NCBI GenBank assembly: GCA_040954595.2
Contig: CM082576.2
Location: 17,283,028 to 17,347,027 of the forward strand
DNA from: Balanoglossus misakiensis
Taxonomy: Eukaryota; Animalia; Hemichordata
Direction of reading: 5' to 3'
DNA length: 64,000 nt
The notes under the pieces are model-generated. The model was not told the DNA's origin. It did no database searches and saw only the letters and a program-made list of their open reading frames with translations. Positions 11,987 to 26,500 of this stretch are shown in pieces (positions within the stretch are counted from its first letter, which is position 1; every line of letters starts with the position of its first letter). The position numbers were made by a program, and so were the translations under genes.

Positions 11987-14439
11987 AAGTGTTTCATGAT
12001 CTACGTTGCTTAGCAACACAGCAAACTTCAGTTAGAGCTGTAATTAAAATATGGACATTTATCTTGCTTCAAAAGTGTCATGTTTAATACGTTATTAATT
12101 GTGTAGACATTCTTCAAATTGAAGGGAGGAATGTTTCTGCAGGTTTATGTTGTTCTGACAGAGAAAGTTGGGCGTTGTCCATTTTTTATAGATTTTTTAA
12201 TATTATATACCTTTTTATTTTTCAATGGCAATATGTTCGTTTGTGCGTTTCATTGGATTGTTGCTGTCAACAACTTGTCACATCATCAACAACCGCTGTC
12301 ATTAACAGTGTATGGCTTCAATAACTTCAGCCGAACTGGCAAAGCTTCATCAATACAGTGTGACATGCAACGTCCAATAACGACATCAGTGTGCCCTCTA
12401 ACAAACATGATTTATAAAAGCTGTGTGTCAATACGAGGATGTCGAAAAATTTCTCTGAGTCAGCCCAATACCTTTGCATGTAGTGTGGAGAATTTACTTG
12501 AGTCACCAGTGAGTTTGTTGAGTCAGTGGCACATCATATGAGATTAGAGGGCACTCTGACTAGCATATGTTTACGGGTTTTTCCTTTAAGAATAAAGAAA
12601 ACCAATTTTTTAAATCCAAATGTTCAATTTTTCATGGTCTGAAAGGTGACCACTCATCAATTCGTAAATAGAAACAGGAAATATTTTATGTGCTCTAGAA
12701 ATATTAACTTCTGCGTACAAGGGAATGTATAACTACTTCCCATCATCAAGAGGCATTTTCTCATTTTTTGACTCCATTGTCTTTGAAGTTTTAAATCAAA
12801 AGTTGACAACCAGAAGGTTACATTTTCATATAATCATACTTAGCACATGTGCAGCCATTGATCATCAACATTTGATTTCCTCTGATGAAACCAAATGCCC
12901 TAGAGTTTCATATCAGTACAAGGTCCATCGGGCTATTATTCTAAGGCAGGTTTGACAAACTTGGTGTACATGTACTTTGTTGATTTGTTCTGTATTGATT
13001 TGTGTTTCTTTTCATTTAGCCATATAAATAAAAATGTTATATTTGAATGTGGCTGGGTTCGATTGCATTTCCCCCCTGATCCTATTAATTGATGTGAACC
13101 AACGACAAAGTCTTTATCTATTTACGGATGCTGAAATATTCCAAATTTATCGGTGGAAATTCTCATCCATAGTGACCTCTGCTGCTACCAACCAGGTCTA
13201 CATTTTCTGCTGATGTTAATTTATGGAAAGTAATGAAATAAATTTGGCGATAAATCCTGGTCGTACATTGGCCAATTTGAAGGAGACAAGTCTTCATTTA
13301 CAAAGTTGCTGCTCATGGGGCTTTAATTAAAGGGGGCAGTTATTTGCATGCTATGCCCAGTAAACTTTCAATAGAGTGCCAGATGTGACTTGAATGTCCT
13401 CACGTGATACATTTCCTGGGACACCCAAGTCTCGATATTTAGGGATTAACCCCCTTTAAAATGATCATTTTGCCACGTTGATCTGTTGAGACATAAGTTG
13501 TTTGGACAAACATACAAATGTAGGCCGACGTTATACATCAATGAAATTTGTCACTGTTAAGTACAGGTCAAACTGATCGCTGAAAGTACACCAATAATAG
13601 CACCTCACTGCAGGGATGCTGAATTTTCTCGGAAGGATCACTGATCATTTCTCAGGTCCAGACAATTTTATGGTGCCCTCTATACTACCGCTTTTGGTTG
13701 CAATCCCCATAAGATGTCATTGACAGCAATTTTTCTTTTGGTCATAACTCAATTAATTCGCTGTCCGCTGAAACCAAAACTAATCAGCTCTTGCCATTCC
13801 AAAGCAGAACATGTGTATCAAGCTTGATAGAAATCTGATCAGCCGTTTATGAGGTATAGAAACAGAGACAGAGACGCACAGAATGCTATAACATAACCTT
13901 GCGTGGTGCGATCACGCAAGGTAAGTACCTGAAACTTGAGTCCAATTCAGTTGACAATGACTTGTTACTTTTTATTGAGAAACTGATTCAGAAATACATA
14001 CTCTGTGTTCAAAATACTTCCTAGTAGTTTAGGATGCAAGCTATCCCAGATTGACTTCAAATGTTTCTATGAAAACATAAAATGTACACACTGAATTTGA
14101 AGAAATTATTTGAAGAATGCAACACGTTTTCTTGGCTTCCATGGTTTTTTTTTAACAGGGTCAAAGAAACTGACAGAATTTAAACTAAGTCAAAAATGAT
14201 GTTTGATCAAAATGTCATACATGGTAAAAAAACAGCCTTTCTTGCATATCCAAAATAGAACCAAAACAGTCAGTTTCCTTTCAGCCTTTGGCCAGGCCTC
14301 TGGAAACCGACTGTTTTGGGGCGACATGCAGTCCCTCAGGGAAACATATGCTGGATAACCTCATAGCCTTTCAATGTGTATACTGTTGCCTCATGCTATG
14401 CAATATTGTGTATATGGCAAAAGAAGTCGCTGTTCAACA

Positions 14440-17400
14440 TCATACAGGATCAATGAATGGGATTTCAATGGTTGTCAAGGGAACACCTCCACCAATCATA
14501 GACGCAGTGCCACTGTAGCTAGAATCTTCTATCATTGTAGCCACAGCATCGCCAACAGCTTCAGGTCTGAAAAAAGAATTGGTGTCAATATTTTAACAAA
14601 CCATTTGCACATCACTCATTTTGTCATTGTCCAAGATGATGTTTTTCCAAATAATACCATCCTCTCACATGAACCGATTTTGCGCGATGTGGGAATGAAA
14701 ACGGATTTATAATAAAAATATTTTTAGCTCTGCTGTCAGAAACGCAGAGCTTATCAGATAAGATGATTGTCGATGGGTGTTTGTCAAAACTTTTCTTCTT
14801 CTCTGTGAGACCACTGGTCTGATTGCTTTCAAATTTGGTCTGCAGGTAATTTGTGGGGGTGACCTAAGTTAATACACATCGCGCCATTGGATAACAATAA
14901 GCGCGTGTTAGCAAAAGAACGCTTTGTCATCCAATCAGTGCTCGCGTCATATACAGCTTTCGATTCAGTGAGAGTGTGGGATCGATTTGTTCTCACACTC
15001 TGATGCCACACTCACAGGGTGCCAGGAGTGTGAGAAGTGCTTGTCTTGACTTACTCTATAGCAGGTGCCCTTTCCAAGTCTTCTGTGATCTCTTTGACAT
15101 ATCGGTTTGCCTCAGATGGATAAGTTTTGAGAGCAGTTAGTGTGTTGACCATACCTGGACAGATAGCTGCTACTCGTACATTATTTTCAAGCACCCGAGG
15201 TTCATTCTGTAAGAGTATACACATTGATTTGTCAGACACATTTGTGTTAGATTAAAGGAGAGGACATCTCAGCCCCTTCGTGACAATAATGAGAATTCTA
15301 CTACAAATTCTTTGCAGACTCAATGTTATTTAAAACGTATTCTGAATGTTTCATTACAAATGGCTTTTCAAAATACAATATATTTTGATTTTGGCAAATG
15401 CAAGTACATGGGTTATTCATTCTTGCAGGACATTGAATATAATTCTTCAAGGGAAATTTTCAATCCCTGGTTCTTGAATAAGGTCCTGCTGACACTGAAT
15501 GTTTACATTATGGAAACCCCTAATATTTTCCATTGAAACATTTCGTTTTAGATACAGCTGTTAAAGTTGTTACACATTTAGCTGAGATTTTTCCAATTAA
15601 TTTTTTTGTGTGGATTTCAAGAGAGCTTTCTTTTATTCAGTGAACCAGTCGTACACAAACTGTACATTGTTCAGAATACATTGTAATTTGCTGCAGATCT
15701 TTTCTGTGCATACTTACTGCTACACTTCTTGTATAGCCAACGACACCATGTTTTGTGGCTGCATAGACAGGAAGTAAACTATTGGGAAAGATACCTGCAT
15801 ATTAAAAATAACGAATGTGTTATGACATTATGATTGACACAGCCACACTAGTCCACATCGGCCAATGTCTTATGCACATTGAAGACAAAATTGACTTAAT
15901 GAATATATTAAAGGGACATCAGCTGTAACTTTTGGCTTTATTTTCAGTATTTGTGTTCTGTGTACCATATGCAATTTCTTGTTCTACTCCAAACATCATG
16001 CTGTTATACCCAGTACTCCACTTGTCAACATAGCCTGTATGTGTGTAATTGTTATTGTTGACAAATGAATTCTAGTCCGGACTTGAATTCAAAATTTGCA
16101 CAAAAACAATACTGAATGTATACATATAGGCTGTGTCACTTAAGATAGTGAAAAGTTACAACTAATGGAGCTTTAATTTCAGCTCTGAGATGAGGCCAAT
16201 CTGTTGAGTATGTTACACTCTTCAATAGACAATCCAGACGAGCGTAGTTGTATATATATATGGTTCCTTTGGTTTATTGAAGTACTCTAACTTCCAAGGA
16301 GTTTAAGACTCTAACACAACGAGTTTACTGTCAGTTCATGCACACAGAGGCACTAGACCACACATCTGACATTAGCCAAGCCGCACACTGCACTCAAGTT
16401 TTCCATGTGCTTCTCAAACTAACCGGCATGCTACAATTATAATAATTGTCGCCACCTCTTTGCCAAATACAGATAGTGGTATACCTCCTCTAACTACATA
16501 TAAGGATTCTTGCTCATTACAAATCAATTAATTTAGCTTAAGATCAAACAGATAGTCAATGATGGACATTTCCTTAAACCCTGCAAAATTCCAGACTTGC
16601 CCAAATTCCAGTGTTTCCCAATGGAGCAAGTTTGTTTTGGTCACTCATAAAACTCTGTCAAACTTTGAGACTATGCTCTGTGTGTGATCAGATGGAAGTC
16701 ATTAAGTCAAGTCATTCTCAAGGCTTTACGACTATAATGTCAACATTTAGGTTACCAAGTAGATTTCGTTGGTGTGGGGCAGGACTTTACTGAAATTGAA
16801 TTTTGTGTATCAATTGTATACCCTACACTCTCCCCCTGTAAAATAAATGTCGTCCCAGACATTTCCCTATCAGAAGCTAAAAAAATCAATTCATGCATTC
16901 TAAAAAAAAACACATTCTAGTACTAATCAAAACATGCAAGTAATATATCAAAACACGCAAGTTTATATTCAGTTCTGAGTTCAGTGTTCATTGTTCATTC
17001 TTAACAGTTCATTGTCTATTTTCTCTGCAGATTAACACATTACTCCACGCTGTTGTTGCATATACTGTTGATTATTCCAAAACGTTGCTGGCAGTGGGTA
17101 CATCACAGGTTGCAGTGGTACATATGGTGTATTCCACAATGGTACTGGATGAGTAGGTGTTTGCAGTATTGGAGCTACCATTGCTGCGTTGATTACTGGG
17201 TTGATGCGTTGATACTCTGACTGTCCTGGTAAAGTGTATGTCAGGGTTGCTGGTGGATGTCTGTCCCTGGTAGGATACCTTCGTGGTTGTGCTTCCATCT
17301 CTGCGTTGTCAGGCAATCCCTCAGGTGGTTGTAGCTGTTCAGTAATTTCCACATTTTCTTCTGCAGATATGTCATCAGCCGCTTCTGCAGATGTGTCATC

Positions 17401-20400
17401 AGCCGCTTCTGCAGATGTGTCATCAGCCGCAGCCACATCATTTTCAGGTACTATATCCCCTGGTACAGGTGTGGTGGTCGACACATCTTCTGCTGTCTCA
17501 CTATTGGTGTCATGAATCAGTTCAGTATCAGGAATCAGTTCAGAAACTGGTGTAATGTCAGTTTCTGGTGATGATGGTGTATTTCTTGCTTCAAACTGTT
17601 CCGCCAGTGGGTTCAAGGAACTTTTCTCAGCACCCACTTGTTGATTGTGTCTCCGCTGGTGCTGCCTGTCTTCAGTCCATTGTCTCTGGATGATTGGTCT
17701 ATAGAAATAACCATCTTCATCATCACTTGACGACTCATCATCTTGTAGGTCAGGGTCACAGTCAGGTTCAGTCAGTGGTGTTTTATTTCTCTTCCTAGTA
17801 TTTCTTGATGTAGTGACTGGAGTAATTGCTGGTGTTGATTCCGCCTCCATTGGTAGGTCATCACAAGGCAGTAAGAGATTTCGGTGTAGTACACGTTTTC
17901 GCCCCTCACCTCGTTCTGGCTTGATTTCATACACTGGACTGTCTTCGCCCTTCCTACGTGTTACAACATGGATTTTCTGTTCCCAATAGGACCGTAGTTT
18001 ACCTGGTCCACCACGTTCTGTCAAGTTTCTGACCAATACTCTGTCCCCTGGTAGAAGTACAGTACTGCGTTGTTTCTGGTCATAATACACCTTCCCTCTT
18101 GCAGCTGACTTTTTAGCACTTTCCGCTACCAGGTCATATGCCTCCTTCATTCCCTTGTGCCACTTGTCCACATAGTTTTGATAACTGCATGGCTGTGACT
18201 TTGGATGTAGGTCGAACAGGATGTCAATTGGCAGTCTCGGTGTCCTCCCAAACAGTAGATAGAATGGTGAGTAACCAGTGGCTTCATTCCGGGTACAGTT
18301 GAAAGCATGTACTACTTTGTTGACATGGTCTTTCCAGTTAGATTTTTCTTTTTCCGGAAGTGTTCTCAGCATGGCTAGAAGCGTCCTGTTCATTCGCTCA
18401 CAAGATCCATTGCCCTGGGGGTGGTACGGTGTTGTCCTTGATGCGTTGATACCACCTAGCTGCTGTAGACGCCTGAACATGTGATTTTCAAACTCTCCTC
18501 CCTGATCATGGTGGATTCTGGCTGGAAACCCAAAGCGTGGTATGAAGTCATTGAAGATCTTGTCAGCCACTGTTTTTCCAGACTTATTTCTGGTAGGATA
18601 GGCTTGTGCAAATCGGGTGAAATGGTCGATGATTACTAGGATGTACTCATAACCACCACTACTTTTCTCCAGATGAAGGAAGTCGATTGATACCAATTCA
18701 AAGGGTGATGTAGTGACTATGTTGGTGAGTGGAGCCCTGGTGTTGAAGTTGGGTCGCTTTTGTTTGATGCACACGCACTGTTTGGTGATGTACTGTTCGA
18801 TGTCACGTTGCATATGAGGCCAGTAGAACCGATCTCTTGCTAGGGTGACTACCCTTTCTACTCCAAGATGACCCATTTCTTCATGAAGTTCTTTGTAGAC
18901 TAGTTGTCTGTACTTCATTGGCAGGATCAGCTGGGATCTTGTTGTTGTCTTTCTCCGCAACACCCCATCTTCGCCAATTACCAGATAATGCCACTCACGC
19001 ATTAACACTGTGGTTTCATGTGGTTCACCACGTCTTTCTTCACGGGTTGGACGGCGTCCACGGTTACGATATGCCATCAGTCGGCTTATAGCAGGATCCT
19101 CTTGTTGGGCTTTTCTTATTTCTTCAGTGCTGAAGGACTGGACTGGCTGTACTGCTGGACTGAAAATGCCTATGTTTTCATCCAAGACAGTTGGATTTGT
19201 TGTCACTGCTGTCAGCCATGTTGCTTTACCAACCTCCATTGCATTTGCTGAGTTGACCGTTGCTTCAATTACATCCTTTGAATATTCTTCACTGCATTCA
19301 TCCATGAATTTCTCTACATCAAGTGGTAGCCTAGATAGTACATCAGCATCAATGTTGATTTTTCCGGGTCGATACTTGATGGTGAAGTTGAAATCAGCTA
19401 GTTCTGCAACCCATCGATGTCCCGTGGCATTCAGCTTTGCTGTTGTAAGAACATATGTCAGGGGGTTGTTGTCAGTATAAACGGTGAAAGACGGTACATA
19501 GGACAGGTAATCTCGAAACTTCTCTGTTACAGCCCACTTCAGTGCTAAGAACTCCAATTTGCCAGAATGAAGGTGGTAGTTCTTCTCAGCCGGTGTCAGA
19601 GTTCTTGATCCATAACCAATAACCCTCAGTTTATCATCTTGATATTGATAAAGGACTGCTCCCAGGCCGTCATGTGAGGCATCTGTATGGAGTATAAGTG
19701 GTTGACTGTAGTCTGGATAAGCCATTACTGGTGCCTTTATGAGATGTTCAATCAATTGGTCGACAATCACCTGGTGGTCATCTGTCCATGTAATTGGTTG
19801 ACGTGAATGTACTTGTCCTGTCATAGTCTTCTGCTTCTTTACTGATTTCGATTTCTTCTTCGCTGTATTTTCAATACTGGCCGTGGATGATGTCATTAAG
19901 TCATACAGTGGTCTTGCAATTCTTGAGAAATCCTTGATGTATTGTCGGTAGTAACCAAGGAAACCTAACAACTTCCGGAGTTCACCGACATTGGTTGGCT
20001 TCCTCTCTTTCAAGGCAACTACTGCAGCTGTGTCAGCTGGATCCACCCTGTACCCATCTGCTGAGACTATTTTTCCCAAATAGCGCACTTTTCTCTTGAA
20101 TAGGTCACATTTCTTGGGTTTTAGCTTGATGCCATGCTGCTGCAGTCGTTTTAGTACTTTCCTGATGTTTTCAACATGCTCTTCAAATGTCTTGCTGTAT
20201 ATAAGGATGTCATCCAGGTATGGTATGCAAATTACATAACTCAGTCCATCCAGGCATTCTTCCATGTGTCGTTGGAATGCAGGTGGGGCATTAGCCAGGC
20301 CAAACGGGATCCTCACCCATTCGTACAGTCCCCATGGTGTGACAAATGCAGTCAGTGGTTTACTTTCTTCCGACATAAACCCTTGGTGGTATGCTTTGCC

Positions 20401-23400
20401 TTGATCCAGTACAGAAAACCAAGTATTTCCTCCCAGCCCATCAAGAATATCTTGGATACGTGGTATGGGTTGTCGGTCTGGCTTGGTCTTCTTATTAAGT
20501 TCTCTGTAGTCTATACAAAGTCTTAGACTTCCATCTTTCTTTCTGACACATACCACTGGCGATGAATATGATGACTTTGACTTGGTTATCCAGCCTTGGT
20601 CAATCAAATCCTCCAGATATTCCTTTACTTCCTGGTAAAGTGGGCGGGGTATTGATCTGTAACTTCTCTGCACTGGCTCCTGATCTGTTAGATCAATCCG
20701 CAACTTCAAGTCGTCAATACACCCAATATCGGTATCAGTCTTGGCAAAAGCTCCGGCTTCATCTCTCAGCATTTGTCGAACTACCTTTTGCTGTGACTCA
20801 GTCAAGCTGCTCAGATCAACAGGTGGTTCCCACGTTTCTTCAGGTGCTGGCATTTTATTTTCATCCCCCCGGGGCTTTGAAGTCATTTCTGAATGAAGAC
20901 TGTTCACCTCAGCTTGTTTCTCCACTTCACGGACTTCCAGTGGGGTGAATGACCGGACCATTTGAATTGTCCCTAACACTGTCCTATTTCTGAGGACAAG
21001 GTCATGTTTTGTTGTGTTGTGTACAGGAATGGTGACACGATGTGATGATCCTCTGGAAAGCTTGGTGAATTGTTCTAACACCTCCAATCCATCAGGCCAG
21101 GTATGTTCCACATTCGGTTCAAATACCACTGGTCTTTCTTCTGTGATTGGTCCCGTATGCACTGAACACTTCACCTCAACCGTCCCTCCAGCCGGAATTC
21201 TAACACCACTTCGTCCAACCTTCACCAGATAATGATGATCATCTTCACTGTTGTCCTGAATTAAATTCACGACTGCTTTTACATCCTTCTCTGGAATAGT
21301 AGGCAGTGCTGCCGTAATGACATTAATGAGCGCAGTATTTGGAATTTGTCCAGGTACCCCAGTGCTGTAATCTCTACAAACTTCTTCAATTACATTATAA
21401 CTAATAATTGGGTAGTCAGTCTCTGTTGGTTGTCCCCGGCTTACCAACACTGGTACTTTCAACTGTCTTTGATTTTCACCATCGCTGATCAGCTGGAAGT
21501 CAACTTCTACCCATCCGCTATATGGAATATCAGTTCCATTCATTGCTGTTAAGTTCAACTTTGTACTCATTCCCAAAAGTTCTTCAATTGGTCTGAGTGG
21601 TACATCTGAGAGATTTTTCAGCTTCCATCCATGTGTGATAACAGAGACTTGTGACCCGGTATCCCACAATGCCTGGTACTTCTCCCCTTCGATGTTACAC
21701 CAAACCAAACATTTCTTTCCAACCAATTTCATCAGCTTCTCTTGTCTAGCTGGCGTCAGATGACATGGGAATGACATCTTCACACTGCTCCGCTGACTGT
21801 CTTTCCTGTCCTCCTGGGCCTCCACCTGTTGTATCATATTACAGTATACCCGGTGCTTTTCCCAGTGGGCTTTCTGACAATCCTTCGAACAGTATGTACC
21901 AGCGTGACATGCAGAACATTGTTGAAAACTGGTAACATCATCTTTCTGGCAATGGTTACAATGGTGGGACTCTATGGTATCTTGGCTGGTTATTCCCTGT
22001 CCCCTGGGGCCAGCCTTTTCCCGTTTCCCGACTGCTTCTGACTGGTTTGTTTACAACCTCTCTTGAAGTGTTCGGTACTCCCACACCTAAAACAATGCTT
22101 ACAGTCTGGTTTTCCGTCTCGGCGACAGCTAGTACAGCCATAATTGGTTCTCTTCCCTTGGTTACCTCTATTTGAGTTGACAGCAGGGTCGTTGACCTTT
22201 GGAGTTGACACTGCTTCCAAATACAGATAGTGGTATACCTCCTCTAACTACATATAAGGATTCTTGCTCATTACAAATCAATTAATTTAGCTTAAGATCA
22301 AACAGATAGTCAATGATGGACATTTCCTTAAACCCTGCAAAATTCCAGACTTGCCCAAATTCCAGTGTTTCCCAATGGAGCAAGTTTGTTTTGGTCACTC
22401 ATAAAACTCTGTCAAACTTTGAGACTATGCTCTGTGTGTGATCAGATGGAAGTCATTAAGTCAAGTCATTCTCAAGGCTTTACGACTATAATGTCAACAT
22501 TTACGTTACCAAGTAGATTTCGTTGGTGTGGGGCAGGACTTTACTGAAATTGAATTTTGTGTATCAATTGTATACCCTACAAGTACGTGTAGTAGCAGAT
22601 ACTATCTAAGACGATCATCAAACTGGTAACAGATACTGTTTAAGACAGATGCAGATACCCTGGACGTACCATTTGCGACAGTCGCTGAAATTGACTTGTC
22701 ACAAAAGTGTGAGTCTGGTGCAGATAGCCTTCTGAGGCAATTTTACATACCCCAGTATCAAATGAGCCATCCTATTAGAACTGATAACATATCTATCTAT
22801 TCATCCATCCATCCATCCATCAAACAAGAAAGAAATGTAATGTCGGAGACCTTAAATGAAAGCAATGTACTCTTTTCAGAGAACTGAAACTATCATGTAA
22901 TATAGCACATTCAAGTGATCAGTGTGGACATACCTGCAAACGAGGATGTATTTATAACTACGCCACCATTTCCACCATTTTTGGTTCCAATAAATTCCAC
23001 TCCAAGTAGGGTACTATTGATAACACCTGTCTAGGAGCAAAAACAACAGAAATCCTGTCACTTAAAATTGTGCAAGGTCGCCCCAAGTTTATTATCAAAC
23101 TCAAAAGAATATTGTGAAGTTTTCTTGATAAAAAAAATAGGTATGAGAAAAAGTTTAGACCTCATTTTTAAAGCACATATGGTACTACTTTCTCACACTG
23201 ATGCACTACAGCTGGACTGCCCTTATCACAATTCATGAGAAATCATATACATGTACATGTACCTGTAGATAGGAATACTCAGCCGATTTTACTCGCACAT
23301 TTATTACGTATTAAAGTAATAATGAGTTGTAGACACTTACCAAATTAACAGTGATCATTTCTTCATACTGTCTTTCATTGACAATTCCAGCATTGTTACT

Positions 23401-23488
23401 AACAATGTCTATCTGCCCAAAGGTTTCTTTTGTCTTCTTAAATGCATCTATAAAAAGAAATTTCATTCATTCATTATCTATCTATCTA

Positions 23489-23521
<33 letters not shown>

Positions 23522-26500
23522 CTGTCTGTCTGTCTGTCTGTCCATCTATGTCAGTCTCTCTCTGTCATATATTCATGAGCCGGTCACACGTACACGTCTG
23601 TTCCATCGCTCCTTAAAATAACTCCTGATCATCCGGGAAATACCCCCCCCCCCCCCGAACGAACCTCTTCGAAGACCAGATCCTTAATTTTTAATGGTAA
23701 GAAGATATATCTGAAAAGTTTGGTGTAAAATGGCTTCCAATCAAAAGAAAGGATCCGATCAAGTTCTACTGGGTATAACATCATCGATTGATTTGAAGGG
23801 GACGACCAGCAACTGTCAATGGCAGGTGAACGGCCGACAGTGTTGGCTGGTACCCTGCCTCGGTGACGCATTGGCCGTGATGGGCATTCCTCATGAAATA
23901 ATCAGAAAACAAATGATAAAATATAGCTGCAAGCAGCAATAGAGGGCCCAAGCCAACATAGCACATAGCAACATAGCAATAAGCATATCTGCTCTGGATG
24001 CCAAGATCTGGTAAAGTAGGTCAAAGGTCACCTGAGGTCATGCAAAATTTGGGCAAGACATTTTGACCCTATACTGGTCAATGTTCAACAACAACCAAAC
24101 CTATAGCCCTATTGGTTAGCCTGGAATTAGGTATGCACATAATTAATGAGGTAGGCAGGTGTCACAGGTGACCCCCAATTTTGGCTTTTCAATTTTAATC
24201 CCAACCCTCCAAACGCCAAGTCTGTACCTGCTCTGGATGCCAAGATCTGGTAAAGTAGGTCAAAGGTCACCTGAGGTCATGCAACATTTGGGCATGAAAT
24301 TTTGACCCTATACTTGTCCATGTTCAACAAAAACCAAACCTATAGCCCTATTGGTTAGCCTGGAATTAGGCATGCACATAATTAATGAGATATACAGGTG
24401 TCACAGGTGACCCCCATTTTGGCTTTTCCATTTTAGTCCCAACCCTCCAAATGCCAAGTCTGTACCTGCTCTGGATGCCGAGATATAGGAAAGTAGGTCA
24501 AAGGTCACCTGAGGTCACCCAAAATTTGGGCAAGAAATTTTGACCCTATACTGGTCCATGTCCCACAAGAACGAAACCTCTAGCCCTCTTAGTTAGCCCA
24601 GAATTAGGTATGCACATAATTAATGAGTTAAGCAGGTGTTACAGGTGAGCCTAAAATTTTGCCTTTTATTTTGGTGCCATTGTGCTCACTGACCAATAGA
24701 TAGTCACTGTACAAGACTATTGCACAGACCAGAATTCCACATAAGACATGGACATAGCTTAACCATAGAGGTATAAGTAAAGGTATAAATTTAATAAAAA
24801 AATTATTATAAAAAAATCGGTCGATTTTTCATATTATTTTTTTCCGCTTAAAATTATTGACAAATGCTAGGCTAGCTGCACACCAAAGTTGGAGATGATC
24901 GGCCTAACAGATTTTGAGATATGTATGCATATTTATCCAAAATAATATGTTGTCATAGCTTAACTATGTAAAGTATAGGCACATGGCTTGGGCAAAAAAT
25001 ATGAAAAATAATACTTAAAAATCTTCTTCTCAAAATTGACATGGCCTATGGCCTTGACATTTGGCATGTAGAACCCTGGCTATGTGGTCCACAAAGCATC
25101 TGAACAGAATTTTGATATCTCCATTCATATGCAAATTAGGCCGATTTGAAAATTTTGCCCATATATGGTCATCAGGTCACATGACTTATTAAACATTCAC
25201 AAGGGTACTGCACCAGCTCTCATTGGCCTGCACCATTGTGCTAAGTTTGAAATGGGTAGGTTCAGCCGTTCTCCAGATCTACTTGACAAAAAAAACGGCA
25301 CAAGAAGAAAAAGAAGAAATATAGCTGCAAGCAGCAATAGCGGGCCCAAGCCAACATAGCACATAGCAACATAGCAATAAGCATATCTGCTCTGGATGCC
25401 AAGATATGGTAAAGTAGGTCAAAGGTCACCTGAGTTCATGCAGAATTTGGGCAAGAAATTTTGACCCTATACTGGTCCATGTTCAACAAAAACCAAACTT
25501 ATAACCCTATTGGTTAGCCTGGAATTAGGTATGCACATAATTAATGAGTTAGGCAGGTGTCACAGGTGACCCCCAGTGTTGCCTTTTCAATTTTAGTCGC
25601 AACCCTCCAAACGCCAAGTCTGTACCTGCTCTGGATGCCAAGATATGGTAAAGTAGGTCAAAGGTCACCTGAGGTCATACAAAATTTGGGCAAGAAATTT
25701 TGACCCTATACTGGTCCATGTTCAACAAAAACCAAACCTATAGCCCTATTGGTTAGCCTGGAATTAGGTTTGCACATAATTAATGAGTTAAGCAGGTGTT
25801 ACAGGTGAGCCTAAAATTTTGCCTTCTATTTTGGTGCCATTGTGCTCACTGACCAATAGATAGTCACTGTACAAGACTATTGCACAGACCAGAATTCCAC
25901 AATAAGACATGGACATAGCTTAACCATAGAGGTATAAGTAAAGGTATAAATTTAATAAAAAAATTGATATAAAAAAATCGGTCGATTTTTCATATTATTT
26001 TTTTCCGCTTAAAATTATTGACAAATGCTAGGCTAGCTGCACACCAAAGTTGGAGATGATCGGCCTAACAGATTTTGAGATATGTATGCATATTTATCCA
26101 AAATAATATGTTGTCATAGCTTTACTATGTAAAGTATAGGCACATGGCTTGGGCGAAAAATATGAAAAATAATACTTAAAAATCTTCTTCTCAAAATTGA
26201 CATGGCCTATGGCCTTGACATTTGGCATGTAGAACCCTGGCTATGTGGTCCACAAAGCATCTGAACAGAATTTTGATATCTCCATTCATATGCAAATTAG
26301 GTCGATTTGAAAATTTTGCCCATATATGGTCATCAGGTCACATGACTTATTAAACATTCACAAGGGTACTGCACTAGCTCTCATTGGCCTGCACCATTGT
26401 GCCAAGTTTGAAATTGGTAGGTTTAGCAGTTTTCCAGATCTACCTCGCCAAAGAAAACGACAGAAGAAGAAAAAGAAGTAGAAGAAAAACCCCAGTAAAA

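Larger units (their letters stand above)
16211..22581 (-). mobile_element. Ty3/Gypsy LTR retrotransposon with a 5' internal deletion, in intron 4 of the SDR gene
   Basis: TG...CA termini; 4-bp TSD AGTA (16207-16210 and 22582-22585); full 3' LTR 16211-16827 preceded by a polypurine tract (AGGGGGAGAG on -, ~16828-16837); truncated 5' LTR 22217-22581 matches 16463-16827 (one mismatch seen). Confidence 0.96.

Noticed and set aside
17234-21552. Plus-strand ORFs overlapping pol
   Set aside because: Antisense shadows of the long pol ORF with no motifs.
22205-22225. Gypsy deletion junction as a splicing product
   Set aside because: No GT donor at the junction, and an RNA lacking the PBS could not produce the intact 3' LTR that is present.
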